NCBI GenBank assembly: GCA_963735805.1 | Contig: CAVTMK010000003.1 | Location: 128,001 to 192,000, forward strand | DNA length: 64,000 nt | Origin: an uncultured Verrucomicrobiae bacterium | GTDB lineage: Bacteria > Verrucomicrobiota > Verrucomicrobiia > Chthoniobacterales > UBA10450 | Reading direction: 5' to 3' | Part shown: positions 19,293 to 29,623 of the stretch, in pieces | Position numbering within the stretch: position 1 is the stretch's first letter | Layout: each line of letters starts with the position of its first letter | Made by a program: the position numbers and the translations under genes | Notes under the pieces: model-generated | What the model saw: the letters and a program-made list of their open reading frames with translations, nothing else | Databases searched by the model: none | What the model was told of the DNA's origin: nothing

Positions 19293-20102
19293 ATGAGTAC
19301 GATTGCGGCAACGGAGTTCCTCCCCCTGGTCGCAACCGCCGCTGCTACCAGAGGTTTTATGGTCGTCTCTCTGCACGATGTAGCCCCTTCCAGTCAACAG
19401 ATCGCAGACACAATCATCTCAGAACTGGCCCGGCGCGGGGTGGGCGTGTGTTCTCTTCTTGTCGTCCCGGATTATCATCACGAGGGACTGTTCACAAAGA
19501 ACCAGCAATTTGTGTCCTGGCTACGGGCCTTGGAAGCGGACGGGCATGAAATCGTCATCCACGGCTATTTTCACGAACGCCCTAGCAGCGCGAAAGAGAG
19601 TTTGTACGACAAGTTCTTCACGCGGTTTTATACGCAACAGGAGGGGGAATTTTACGACCTGAACTATGAGGAGGCACTCCGTCGAATTACAACAGCGCAA
19701 GAGGAATTTCGCGCCAGCGGTCTCAAGCCGCGAGGTTTTGTGGCGCCGGCTTGGCTGCTCAACAAGAATGCTGAGCGCGCCGCACGCGATGCAGGACTCG
19801 AATACACGACACGGTTACATAAGGTGTGCGATCTCCGAGCGGGCGGTGAGTTCGCTGCGCGATCAATCGTTTACAGTGTTCGAAAGAACTGGCGACGCGG
19901 AATTAGCCAAATCTGCAACGCGACCCTTTTTCGATATCTAGAAGGAAAGTCACTTTTGCGCATTAGCCTTCATCCACCCGATTATTCTCACCCGCCGATC
20001 TGGAGACAGGTCACCGGGATGATTGAGAAGGGGATCGGGTCACGGACGGCGACGACCTACCAAGACTGGATCACGCAACAAAGACTGAGACGAGGGAACT
20101 AA
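19293..20102 (+). CDS. Polysaccharide deacetylase family (DUF2334-like)
   Basis: VSLHDVAP, HGY.H, GFVAPAW, RISLHP. Confidence 0.85.
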   Translation: MSTIAATEFLPLVATAAATRGFMVVSLHDVAPSSQQIADTIISELARRGVGVCSLLVVPDYHHEGLFTKNQQFVSWLRALEADGHEIVIHGYFHERPSSAKESLYDKFFTRFYTQQEGEFYDLNYEEALRRITTAQEEFRASGLKPRGFVAPAWLLNKNAERAARDAGLEYTTRLHKVCDLRAGGEFAARSIVYSVRKNWRRGISQICNATLFRYLEGKSLLRISLHPPDYSHPPIWRQVTGMIEKGIGSRTATTYQDWITQQRLRRGN

Positions 20103-20104
20103 AT

Positions 20105-22507
20105 GTGAGCCGGTGTGATCTTCATATTCATTCGCGCTACAGCGCGCGCTCCGAAGAATGGCTCTTCCGCCGTTTCGATTTTCCCGACAGCTATACTGAT
20201 CCGAGGCACCTGTATGAAAAACTGGTCGAGCGCGGAATGGACTACATCACCATTACCGACCACGATTCGATCGAGGGCTGTTTACAGATCATTGACCGGC
20301 CTCGCACATTTATCAGCGAGCAAGTCACGACCTATTTTCCCAACGACGCCTGCAAACTGCACATTCTTGTCTGGGATATTTCAGAGAACCAGCACCGTGA
20401 AATCAATGCGGCGCGCAATAACATTTTTGAGCTACAGGGCTACCTGCAGGCTGGAGGCATCGCGCATGCGGTCGCGCATCCTCTTTACAGCATTAACGGG
20501 AAACTCAATTCCCGTCATCTCGAGTTGCTCATACTTCTTTTCAAACATTTTGAAGGCATCAACGGTTTGCGCGATGCGCTTCTAAGCGATCTGGCCCAGA
20601 CACTGTTCAAGCAACTGACGCCGGAAAAAATCGAAGCGCTTGCAAATCGCCATAATTTGGCGCCGACACACGCAGAGCCATGGAAAAAGATTCTTGTCGG
20701 CGGTTCGGATGATCACGGCGGGCAATTCGCTGCTTCGGCCTTTACGGAAACCCCTGCGGCGGAATCGGCGGGAGAGTTTCTCAAGCATGTCCGTAAAGGC
20801 GACTGCAGCGCACAAGGTCACGGGGGCACACCTCTGGTTCTTTCGCACGGTTTCTACAATACGGTCGCCTGTTTCATTCAGGATCGTTTCAATGAAAAAC
20901 TCGGGCCGGGCGCCGCGCTGCTGGAGAAAATGTTTTCGCGGTTCATGGAAGGCCGCGCGCCGACTGAATTTACTCTCAAAGAAAAAATGGAATTCATCGT
21001 GCAGGGCGTCTTGTCCGGAAAAATTTTCGAATTTGTTAAGCCCGCGAACATGTCGCTGTGGAAAGAACTTTCAGGTTATTTCGCTCGACCTGAAGTAAAA
21101 GCGAAACTGGCAGCGCAGTTAAATGGGGTCAGCGAACCGGAGCGCCGCACGTTTCTCATGGCCAACATGGTGGCCGAGCAGCTCACTTTTCGGTTTTTCC
21201 AGAAATTCGTTCAGCAAATCGGCAGCGGCAACATGGTCGAGAGCATGCAAGCTCTTAGCGCGATTGCGCCGATCCTGGTGATTCTTACGCCCTATATATA
21301 TGGGTTTCATAGTCAGGCGCCCTCTCGGAAATGGCTGCGGTCTATCTTTTTGGAATTGACCGCGGAAATTCCCGTTGCGTTGCAAAATCGCAAGCGCGCG
21401 TGGTTCACTGATACTCTGGAAGACGTTAACGGGGTAGCTACGACCATCCGCAGGATGACCGCAGCCGGAGCCGCAGCCAGCGAGGAATTGACTGTAGTAA
21501 CTTCCCGCGGCAATCCGCAAACCTGTGATATTCCGCTCAAAAACTTCCCGCCGATTGGCGAATTCGAGCTGCCCGAATACGAACTTCAAAAACTGAGTTT
21601 CCCGCCAGTCCTCCAGATGCTCGATTACATTCAGCGGGAAAAATTTACTGAGATTATTATCAGCACACCGGGACCGATCGGGCTTACCGCGCTGCTCGCA
21701 GCCAAAATGCTCAATCTCCAAACGAGCGGCATTTATCATACTGACTTCCCGCAATACGTCCGGATCCTCACTGAGGACAGCTTTCTGGAAAGCGTGGCGT
21801 GGCGTTACATGCATTGGTTCTATGGTCAACTCGATACCGTCTTTGTTAACTCTGAAGAATATCGGCAAAGCTGGATCAAGCGTGGCTTCGACTCCGCGAA
21901 ATTGAGAATTCTTCCACGCGGCCTCGACACCGAACTCTTTTCGCCGGCGCGGCGCTCGCCGGCGTTCTGGGAAAAATTTACTGCTGTCAACGGTCGTATC
22001 CGTCTGCTCTATGTTGGCCGGATATCCCGGGAGAAAGATCTCGATATTTTGGCAGACGCCTATCGCCAATTGCGCCATGACGGTGTTCCCGTGCAGCTTT
22101 TTGTTGTTGGTCACGGCCCCTACTCCGAGAAGTTCGCCCGCTCCTTGCCGGAGGCAGTTTTTACCGGCTACCTTACAGGCAAGGAATTGGCGACCGCTTA
22201 CGCGTCGGCTGATATTTTTGTCTTCCCGAGCACGACCGACACGTTCGGCAATGTCATCCTTGAAGCGCAGGCCTCCGGCGTGCCGGTCATTGTTTCCGAT
22301 TCTGGCGGGCCAAAAGAATTGGTCGAAGACAGAACGAACGGTTTGATCACTCGATCACGCGATGTGGATGATTTCATGCGGGCGATCAAGTCATTGGTTG
22401 CAGATGCACCGCTGCGAGAACGCATGGGGACTGCGGCCAGAAAAAGCGTCATCGACCGAAGCTGGCCAAACGCGTTCCGTAAATTCTGGGCTACGACTGA
22501 TATCTAA
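20105..22507 (+). CDS. PHP-domain / GT4 glycosyltransferase fusion
   Basis: DLHIHS, ITDHD, AHP, GGSDDH; then YHTDFP, YVGRISREK, DTFGNVILEAQASG. Confidence 0.9.
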   Translation: MSRCDLHIHSRYSARSEEWLFRRFDFPDSYTDPRHLYEKLVERGMDYITITDHDSIEGCLQIIDRPRTFISEQVTTYFPNDACKLHILVWDISENQHREINAARNNIFELQGYLQAGGIAHAVAHPLYSINGKLNSRHLELLILLFKHFEGINGLRDALLSDLAQTLFKQLTPEKIEALANRHNLAPTHAEPWKKILVGGSDDHGGQFAASAFTETPAAESAGEFLKHVRKGDCSAQGHGGTPLVLSHGFYNTVACFIQDRFNEKLGPGAALLEKMFSRFMEGRAPTEFTLKEKMEFIVQGVLSGKIFEFVKPANMSLWKELSGYFARPEVKAKLAAQLNGVSEPERRTFLMANMVAEQLTFRFFQKFVQQIGSGNMVESMQALSAIAPILVILTPYIYGFHSQAPSRKWLRSIFLELTAEIPVALQNRKRAWFTDTLEDVNGVATTIRRMTAAGAAASEELTVVTSRGNPQTCDIPLKNFPPIGEFELPEYELQKLSFPPVLQMLDYIQREKFTEIIISTPGPIGLTALLAAKMLNLQTSGIYHTDFPQYVRILTEDSFLESVAWRYMHWFYGQLDTVFVNSEEYRQSWIKRGFDSAKLRILPRGLDTELFSPARRSPAFWEKFTAVNGRIRLLYVGRISREKDLDILADAYRQLRHDGVPVQLFVVGHGPYSEKFARSLPEAVFTGYLTGKELATAYASADIFVFPSTTDTFGNVILEAQASGVPVIVSDSGGPKELVEDRTNGLITRSRDVDDFMRAIKSLVADAPLRERMGTAARKSVIDRSWPNAFRKFWATTDI

Positions 22508-22656
22508 CAGCCGCTCTTGAAAGATAAAAGTCACAGCCACAGAACAGGATTTGGCTGCTATCTGGGAAACCAATAAATTGCTCTTCATTTCGGGGCGGAT
22601 TCAAGTTTTTGAAATTCTTTCTGGCCTGTTTAGCGGGTCGCTATCAATCTGCGTAG

Positions 22657-23121
22657 ATGATAAAAACCAAACTCTTCACAATCGCCGCACTGTTCTTCTG
22701 TCTTGGTGTTGTTTCCTTCGCGCAATCAAACGGCACAGCCGCGAAAGGCAGCAACGCACCTTACAATGAAGGCCCGGTGTGGACCGTGACGATGATTAAG
22801 ACCAAAACCGGTTTGGGGGATGATTATCTCAAGCAGATCACTGGAACTGTGAAGCCTGTTTACGACGAAGAGAAAAAACAAAACGTCATCCTCGACTACA
22901 AAATCCTGAATGGCGAAGCATCCGGCCCAGAGGATTTTAACATCCTGATCCTGGTTGAATATCCTAACTGGGCAGCATTCGACAATCTGAGGGACAAGAT
23001 GGACCCAATTGTTGAGAAGGTAATGGGCACCGAAGAGCAACGCCGGACCACGGCTGTAAAACGCCTCGACATCCGCGAAATCCTCGGCACAAAAACCATG
23101 CGCGAGATTACTCTCAAGTAA
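22657..23121 (+). CDS. Secreted hypothetical protein
   Basis: Signal peptide, 154 aa. Confidence 0.75.
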   Translation: MIKTKLFTIAALFFCLGVVSFAQSNGTAAKGSNAPYNEGPVWTVTMIKTKTGLGDDYLKQITGTVKPVYDEEKKQNVILDYKILNGEASGPEDFNILILVEYPNWAAFDNLRDKMDPIVEKVMGTEEQRRTTAVKRLDIREILGTKTMREITLK

Positions 23122-23158
23122 TCCGTTGTCGCAATTGCTGCTTCGGTTAGCGATTTTC

Positions 23159-23698
23159 TTAGCGGCCACGCCCACCGTGACCCATGCCGCCCATGCCATG
23201 GCCCATACCGCCCATCGCATGCATGCTATGGAACCCGGTGTGGGCAGATCTGAAACTCGAGTTATGACTCATAGTGCGTGACGTAGTCATTCTATTACTG
23301 TGACCACGATTAGTCTTGGTCGCGCTTCTCCCATGAACGCTGCTGCTCTTGCCATAGACGGTTTGCGTGTTCCGCGCATGCGACGCTGCCTGACTTGAGC
23401 GATTCGCGTTGCTGACCAGGCTGCCGAGATTCAGGCCGTTATTGTGCGCAATTTTTCCCCAGCCTTGCCCCGACCGGTGCAGTGCGACGATGTCGTCGAA
23501 GCTCTGTCCCGTGGCGTTAGACAGCAAGTGGGCTTTCTCTATCCCACCCCAGCCAAGTCCGGTTGACGCTCGCTCCGACTGCAACGTTTCAACGGGAACT
23601 CCAGTTGCAGCTGAAATTCTATCCAGATTCGCCGCACGCGATGGAACGGTGCCGACGAGCAGAATGAATATCGCTGTGATTGAACCTAGTGTTTTCAT
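23159..23698 (-). CDS. Secreted hypothetical protein with G/H/M-rich tail
   Basis: Signal peptide, two G.GWG.I repeats, low-complexity C-terminus. Confidence 0.7.
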   Translation of the reverse strand: MKTLGSITAIFILLVGTVPSRAANLDRISAATGVPVETLQSERASTGLGWGGIEKAHLLSNATGQSFDDIVALHRSGQGWGKIAHNNGLNLGSLVSNANRSSQAASHARNTQTVYGKSSSVHGRSATKTNRGHSNRMTTSRTMSHNSSFRSAHTGFHSMHAMGGMGHGMGGMGHGGRGR

Positions 23699-23832
23699 AC
23701 ATAGTTAACTCCCTCTTATGAATTAAGGTTTCGATTTTGCTGACGCTGCCGGTCCCAACGTTGGCGAAATTTCGAGACCAGCCGGCCGGTCCTCAGACCT
23801 CTCGCGTTCGGACTACTCGCCGCCTATTTGCA

Positions 23833-24810
23833 TTATGGCGGCCTACTAGTGATTGCCCACGGCAAAGCATCGAGATCGACATTGCCTCCGCTGAGAATGA
23901 TTCCAACCCGCTTCTCGGGCATGTCGATCCTTCCTTCCTGAATCGCGGCGTACGGAACAGCCGCTGATGGCTCAACAATGATCTTCATCGTCTCCCAAAT
24001 CGTACGCATCGCCGAGATAATCGCGTCCTCGCTGACGGTCACAATGTCTTCCACGTAACGCTTGATGATCGCAAAGTTTGGTTCACCGACATTTGTTCGT
24101 AGTCCGTCGGCGATGGTGAATTTTTTTTCAGTGCGGACTACTCGTCCAGCGCGAAATGATTGTGCTGCGTCGTCCGCATTCTTCGGCTCGGCTGCAATCA
24201 CTTTGATATTCGGTCGCGTCGATTTTGCAGCGACGGCTGTGCCGGCCAGCAATCCCCCTCCGCCGACGGGACACATCACAAGATCGAGGTCGGCAATGTC
24301 TTCGATCAACTCCAAAGCCGCCGTCCCCTGCCCTGCTATCACATCTGGATTTTCGAATGAATGAATCAATGTTGCACCCGTCTCAGCGATCACAGCCGCG
24401 CATACGCTCTCGCGAGCTTGCTCTGTAGGCTCACAAAGAACAACGCGCGCTCCGTAGCTCTCTACGGCACGAATCTTCACCTTCGCTGAGTTTGATGGCA
24501 TTACGATATGCGCAGGAATGCTGCGCAGCTTCGCGGCTCGAGCCACAGCCGCCCCGTGGTTTCCGGACGAATGTGTTGCCACACCGCGCCTCGCGGTGGC
24601 GTCGTCGAGCGAAAAGACGGCATTTGTCGCGCCGCGCGCTTTGAATGCACCAATCTTCTGAAAATTTTCGCACTTAAAGAAAAACGAAGCGCCGCTCGCC
24701 TCATCCAGACGCGAACTTGTCAGCACGGGTGTGCGATGAATATGCGGCCGAATCCGCTCGTGCGCGGCAAGGATAGCCGGGAGGTCGACTGTGATATCTA
24801 ACTTCACCAT
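23833..24810 (-). CDS. PLP-dependent serine/threonine dehydratase (serine racemase-like)
   Basis: KCENFQKIGAFKARGA, SSGNH, PVGGGGL, SGGNVD. Confidence 0.92.
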   Translation of the reverse strand: MVKLDITVDLPAILAAHERIRPHIHRTPVLTSSRLDEASGASFFFKCENFQKIGAFKARGATNAVFSLDDATARRGVATHSSGNHGAAVARAAKLRSIPAHIVMPSNSAKVKIRAVESYGARVVLCEPTEQARESVCAAVIAETGATLIHSFENPDVIAGQGTAALELIEDIADLDLVMCPVGGGGLLAGTAVAAKSTRPNIKVIAAEPKNADDAAQSFRAGRVVRTEKKFTIADGLRTNVGEPNFAIIKRYVEDIVTVSEDAIISAMRTIWETMKIIVEPSAAVPYAAIQEGRIDMPEKRVGIILSGGNVDLDALPWAITSRPP

Positions 24811-24983
24811 CCGAAAAAGGCGTCGATAACACCAAATGTGTCAATAAATCCGTGAGCCAAAATGCATGCCCAAAGATTTCGATCTACCACCATGTAGGCC
24901 GTTCCCACGACCTAAGTGCTCTTCACATCGGATGTATGGAGCGCAAAAAATAGATTCCAGAATTCGTGGGCCGTATGCGCCTT

Positions 24984-26204
24984 TTAAAACGCACTCGGAC
25001 TCCGGATATGTTCAGGGCGTGGTCCGAGTCCGATAAAACGTGCGGGTAATTGCCTCAGGATCGGAAACCATTTCAGCAAACGGAGAAAAAATGGAAGGGA
25101 CTCATTCTTCTCATCCGACGTCTGACCAGTGACGACTCGACGATGAATAAAAATCTGCATCCCCTGAATCATGCGGGTTGGCCACTCGCGGCGCGTTTGC
25201 ACTTTTCGCAAGTCACCAATCTGAACCGGACCACGCCGCAGCTTCTCCGCGAGCAGGTTCGCAGTCGCGACCGCATCCTGAATTGCGAGATTAATTCCAA
25301 CACCGCCGGCTGGTGACATGGCGTGCGCGGAATCACCGATGCAAAGGAGTCCTTCACAGCACCAGTCATTCAGGCGATTCACCTGGACGGTTAGTAACTT
25401 GATCTTCGACCAATCGTCCAGCTCAGTCACGCGATCGTGAAGGAAAGGAGCGAAGCTAGCGATGTCGTTTTGAAATTGCGCCAAACCGCGCTCTTTGATC
25501 CGGTCGAAGCCGCCTTTGGGAATTACAAACCCACATTGCCAGTAATCGCCGCGGTCGAGTAACACCAGGAGCTTGCCGTGTTGAAAAAAACCGAGTGTTT
25601 GTTCCGGATCGCCCCGTTTCTTGGAAATCCGCATCCAAAGCGCGTCAATCGGTACGCCGAAGTCCCGCTGCTTCAAACCGGCACGTGTGTGAATGATCGA
25701 ATGCCGTCCATCCGCACCGATAACCAGGTTTGCACGGACCTCCAGTTCGCCCCAAGGTGTCCTTGCACGCACACCGACCACACGCGAATCTTGCATCAAC
25801 AAGTCGACGGCTTCCGTTTCCATATGCAATTGGAAGGTTGGAAATCGTTTGGCGTGACTCGAGAGAAAATTCAGAAAGTCCCACTGCGGCATGAACGCGA
25901 TGAATTTGCAGTGAGTGGGAAGTTTTGTGAAATCGGCGACCGGCACAGGGTGACCGTTAACCACAGCGCGCAATTGTCGTACTTCCTGGTGTGGTTCTTT
26001 TAGGAACTCCTCGAGCAAACCTAGCTCGTACATGAGTTCCAAGGTTGAAGGATGAATGGTGTCACCTCGGAAATCGCGGTTGAAATCCGCGTGCTTTTCC
26101 AAGACAACAGTTTCCACGCCTGCTCGCGCAAGCAAATAACCAGCCATCATTCCCGCCGGTCCGCCACCGACAATTACACAGCGTGTTTCGAGTACTCCGG
26201 TCAT
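24984..26204 (-). CDS. FAD-dependent oxidoreductase/monooxygenase
   Basis: GGGPAG, RDFRGDT, GADGRHS, IGDSAHAMSPAGGVGINLAIQD. Confidence 0.9.
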   Translation of the reverse strand: MTGVLETRCVIVGGGPAGMMAGYLLARAGVETVVLEKHADFNRDFRGDTIHPSTLELMYELGLLEEFLKEPHQEVRQLRAVVNGHPVPVADFTKLPTHCKFIAFMPQWDFLNFLSSHAKRFPTFQLHMETEAVDLLMQDSRVVGVRARTPWGELEVRANLVIGADGRHSIIHTRAGLKQRDFGVPIDALWMRISKKRGDPEQTLGFFQHGKLLVLLDRGDYWQCGFVIPKGGFDRIKERGLAQFQNDIASFAPFLHDRVTELDDWSKIKLLTVQVNRLNDWCCEGLLCIGDSAHAMSPAGGVGINLAIQDAVATANLLAEKLRRGPVQIGDLRKVQTRREWPTRMIQGMQIFIHRRVVTGQTSDEKNESLPFFLRLLKWFPILRQLPARFIGLGPRPEHIRSPSAF

Positions 26205-26321
26205 TGTGATGCCGTTTGGGTTTTAATGCTGGAGGATTCGCCTGCTCTTTCGCAAACGAAGACGATATCTTTTCGTGCGTTCCTTGCTTCGCTCATGTGC
26301 ACCCGCATGTTCTTAACAGTA

Positions 26322-28232
26322 ATGACAAAGAAGAAACGAGAAATACACCACTTGCAACGTCGCTATCCGATTGGCGCTGAACTGATCGAACCTAAGGAAG
26401 CACACTTTCGCATCTGGGCGCCGAAAGTGCAGCGTCTCGATCTCGTTCTGGAAGAGGGCGTGCTAAAAGGCTCAAGACAGTCATTTCATGAGTTGGAAGC
26501 CGAACCGGGCGGATATTTCTCCGGTTCCGCAAATGCTGGCGCCGGCGCCCGCTATTGGTTTCGTGTAAACAACGATTTGTATCCGGACCCGGCATCACGT
26601 TTCCAACCTGATGGGCCACATGGTTCTTCTTGCGTTGTCGATTCCACGCAGTTTCGGTGGACCGATTCGAACTGGCCTGGCGTTACCCTGAAAGGTCAGA
26701 TCATCTATGAAATGCATATCGGCACGTTCGCTAAAGAAGGAACGTGGCTCGCCGCTGCCCAGCAATTGGACGAACTGGCGCGTATCGGAATCACTGTGAT
26801 CGAGATGATGCCTGTCGCCGATTTCCCTGGAAAATTTGGGTGGGGATATGACGGGGTGAACCTCTTCGCACCGACCCATCTGTACGGAGTCCCGGATGAC
26901 TTGCGCAGTTTCATCGATCGTGCGCACTCGTTAGGCATGGGCGTGATTCTTGACGTCGTTTACAATCACTTTGGACCTGACGGAAATTATCTCGGCGTTT
27001 TTTCCGATGATTACCTGGTTCGCGGTAAGGGGCACGAATGGGGCGACATGGTCAATTTTGATGGACCTAATTCAGAGCCAGTTCGTGAGTTTTTCATCAC
27101 TAACGCGCGTTATTGGATCGAGGAATTTCATTTCGATGGTTTTCGCTTCGACGCGTTGCACGCCATCTCCGATCGATCCAGCGAATATATCATTGGCGCA
27201 ATCGGGCGCGCGGCGCGCGAGACTGCCGGCGCACGCTCAATCATTCTGATCGCTGAGAACGATCGGCAGGAAGCCAAAATGGTGCGACCAAGCAGGGAAG
27301 GTGGTGACGATCTGGATGGAATGTGGAACGACGACTTTCATCACAGTACAATCGTTGCGCTGACCGGCCGCAAGGAAGCCTACTTCAGTGATTACCAGGG
27401 AGTCCCGCAGGAGTTTATTTCCGCCGCGAAATACGGCTTCCTTTACCAGGGCCAGGCCCTCTCATGGCGAAAAGCATTGCGTGGATCTTCCACACTCGGC
27501 ATTTCCCCGGAGGCCTTCGTCTGCTTCATCGAGAACCACGATCAAATCGCGAATACGGGGCCGGGCGAGCGGTTGCGTTTTCGTACTTCGCCCGCGCGCT
27601 ATCGAGCAATAACCGCTCTTCTTTTGCTAGGACCATGGACGCCACTGCTGTTTCAGGGAGAGGAATTCGGCGCGTCTGGCCCGTTCATGTTTTTCGCTGA
27701 CATAGGCGACGGTTCTGTGCGTCATGCCATTCGGAAAGGCCGCGCTGAATGGCTGGCACCATTCCTATCGATAAGCGAGGAAGAAGCACTGAAAACCTTG
27801 GCGGCGCCCGACAATCCCCACGTGTTCACCCGCGGCAAGCTTGATTTCTCCGAGCGTGACAAAAATCGCGAGCTTTATGACCTGCATATCGACCTTTTGA
27901 AATTGCGACGGGAAGACTCGCGGTTTCGCGAACAAATTCCCGAGGGAATTGACGGCGCTGTGTTGGGACCCGGGAGTTTCGTCCTTAGATATTTTTCGAA
28001 GCGAGGTGACGACCGCCTGTTGTTAGTCAATTTCGGAGAAGATCAGGTCTTGCGCCCTGCCTCAGAACCTTTGCTAGCCCCGCCATTGGACTGCACATGG
28101 GAACCGCTCTGGACGAGCGAGGCTCCGCGTTACGGTGGGGCCGGCGCGACTGCAACGGTAAGTCAGGAGCAATGGATTCTGCCAGGCGAATTCACAGTGG
28201 TATTGCGACCCACGCGCGAAAGCACAGCATAG
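26322..28232 (+). CDS. treZ: Malto-oligosyltrehalose trehalohydrolase (GH13)
   Basis: FRIWAP, DPASRFQPDG, WGYDG, DVVYNH, DGFRFDA, WNDDFHH, NHDQ; start estimated at ATG 26322. Confidence 0.9.
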   Translation: MTKKKREIHHLQRRYPIGAELIEPKEAHFRIWAPKVQRLDLVLEEGVLKGSRQSFHELEAEPGGYFSGSANAGAGARYWFRVNNDLYPDPASRFQPDGPHGSSCVVDSTQFRWTDSNWPGVTLKGQIIYEMHIGTFAKEGTWLAAAQQLDELARIGITVIEMMPVADFPGKFGWGYDGVNLFAPTHLYGVPDDLRSFIDRAHSLGMGVILDVVYNHFGPDGNYLGVFSDDYLVRGKGHEWGDMVNFDGPNSEPVREFFITNARYWIEEFHFDGFRFDALHAISDRSSEYIIGAIGRAARETAGARSIILIAENDRQEAKMVRPSREGGDDLDGMWNDDFHHSTIVALTGRKEAYFSDYQGVPQEFISAAKYGFLYQGQALSWRKALRGSSTLGISPEAFVCFIENHDQIANTGPGERLRFRTSPARYRAITALLLLGPWTPLLFQGEEFGASGPFMFFADIGDGSVRHAIRKGRAEWLAPFLSISEEEALKTLAAPDNPHVFTRGKLDFSERDKNRELYDLHIDLLKLRREDSRFREQIPEGIDGAVLGPGSFVLRYFSKRGDDRLLLVNFGEDQVLRPASEPLLAPPLDCTWEPLWTSEAPRYGGAGATATVSQEQWILPGEFTVVLRPTRESTA

Positions 28233-28297
28233 CTCACGACCGGAGTCTTCGGTCTTTGTTATCGACAAGTCGGCAAAGTTTTTGCGAAGCTTTCCAG

Positions 28298-29566
28298 ATG
28301 AAAATAAGAACGTCTCCACTTGTCGTTACACTCACGCTCGTCTGCACCTGTTTTCTCTCACCTGCGCGAGCTGTCAGTCCGCCGCCAGACGGAGGCTATC
28401 CAGGGGGCAATACGGCAGAGGGCCAACTGGCCCTTGGAGGTCTCACCACTGGCATCTACAATACAGGAGTTGGTATATACTCACTCTTAGGTGTCACCGA
28501 CGGTAAGTTCAACACCGGTGTTGGCGCAGGAACGCTTCTCGCCGACACCGCCGACGAAAATACTGCTGTTGGGGCTGGAGCTCTCTTAAGCAACACTAGT
28601 GGTGGCGGGAATACTGCCAATGGAACGTTCGCGCTCTTCTTCAACAACACCGGCACCCAGAACACGGCGGTCGGTGACAGGGCTCTCTTGAACAACACGG
28701 AAGGCGAAGGAAACGTGGCTGTTGGTTCTCAAGCGCTCTTCCAAAACACTACCGTCGGCTTCAACACAGCTGTTGGTTCTCAAGCGCTTTTTGCTAATGT
28801 TAGCGGACTTGAAAACACGGCGATCGGGTACCAAGCACTTCTCGACAACGCGGGTAACTTCAATGCGGCCGTTGGTGGTGCCGCGCTTCTTAACAACACG
28901 ACAGGCAATGAAAACACGGCATGCGGGAGTGGCGCGCTCACTGGCAGCACTGGCAGCGACAATACCGCCCTGGGGTTTCAAGCGGGCATCTTGGCAACAA
29001 CGGGTGACGGAAACGTCTACATCGGCGCAGGAATGACCGGCGTCGCTGGGGAAAGCGATCACACCTATGTCCGCAACGTTAACACCACCACCGTCAGCGG
29101 CGGCAACGCCGACTTTGTGACCGTAGACTTAACCACAGGCTTGCTCGGTCACCTCAGCTCGTCCCGACGTTACAAAGAAGAGATTAAGCCGATGAACGAA
29201 GCAAGCGAGGCACTTTTTGAACTTAAGCCGGTCACCTTTCGCTACAAGAAGGAGATCGATCAGAGTCAAAGCCGTGACTATGGTCTCATCGCTGAGGAAG
29301 TCGCCAAAGTCGATTCCAACCTCGCCATTCGTGATAGAGATGGGCAAATCGAGAGCGTACGATACAGTGCAATCAATGCCATGTTGCTCAATGAGTTTCT
29401 GAAGGAGCATAAGGCATTTCTCGAGGAGCAGCGCAAGGTTCAAAAACTGGAAGCAGCGCTCGATGCCGTAAATCAGCGCTTGAAAGAACAAGAAGAGAAA
29501 ATTGAAAAAGTCAGCTCCCAGGTCGAGGCGAGCAGACCCGCGCTACAGCTAGTCCAATTGCCGTAA
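28298..29566 (+). CDS. Secreted repeat protein with C-terminal S74 intramolecular chaperone and coiled coil
   Basis: Signal peptide, PPPDGGYPGGNTAEG, ~14-aa NTA.G..AL..N repeats, SSRRYKEEIKPM, YGLIAEEV. Confidence 0.85.
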   Translation: MKIRTSPLVVTLTLVCTCFLSPARAVSPPPDGGYPGGNTAEGQLALGGLTTGIYNTGVGIYSLLGVTDGKFNTGVGAGTLLADTADENTAVGAGALLSNTSGGGNTANGTFALFFNNTGTQNTAVGDRALLNNTEGEGNVAVGSQALFQNTTVGFNTAVGSQALFANVSGLENTAIGYQALLDNAGNFNAAVGGAALLNNTTGNENTACGSGALTGSTGSDNTALGFQAGILATTGDGNVYIGAGMTGVAGESDHTYVRNVNTTTVSGGNADFVTVDLTTGLLGHLSSSRRYKEEIKPMNEASEALFELKPVTFRYKKEIDQSQSRDYGLIAEEVAKVDSNLAIRDRDGQIESVRYSAINAMLLNEFLKEHKAFLEEQRKVQKLEAALDAVNQRLKEQEEKIEKVSSQVEASRPALQLVQLP

Positions 29567-29623
29567 CGGTGCGGCATTGTTGCCAGGGCCAGATTTTCAG
29601 GAAGAGCGAACGCTTCCTCGGAA

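Noticed and set aside
21119..22114. Long antisense ORFs (also 4617-5441, 16182-16793, 47977-48606 and others)
   Set aside because: They are shadows of well-supported genes and have no recognisable motifs.
26052..26321. N-terminal extensions in the ORF track (treZ, thrA, tmk, EVE, ABC ATPase, MFS, S74 protein)
   Set aside because: They overlap neighbouring genes or intergenic structure; downstream ATGs match the family starts.
28400..29050. CRISPR-like periodicity (~42-nt repeats)
   Set aside because: The repeats are in-frame coding units with synonymous variation; there is no repeat-spacer structure and no cas genes.
28298..29566. Prophage (tail-fibre-like gene)
   Set aside because: It has a signal peptide and is flanked by treZ and mutL; there is no integrase, capsid or terminase.
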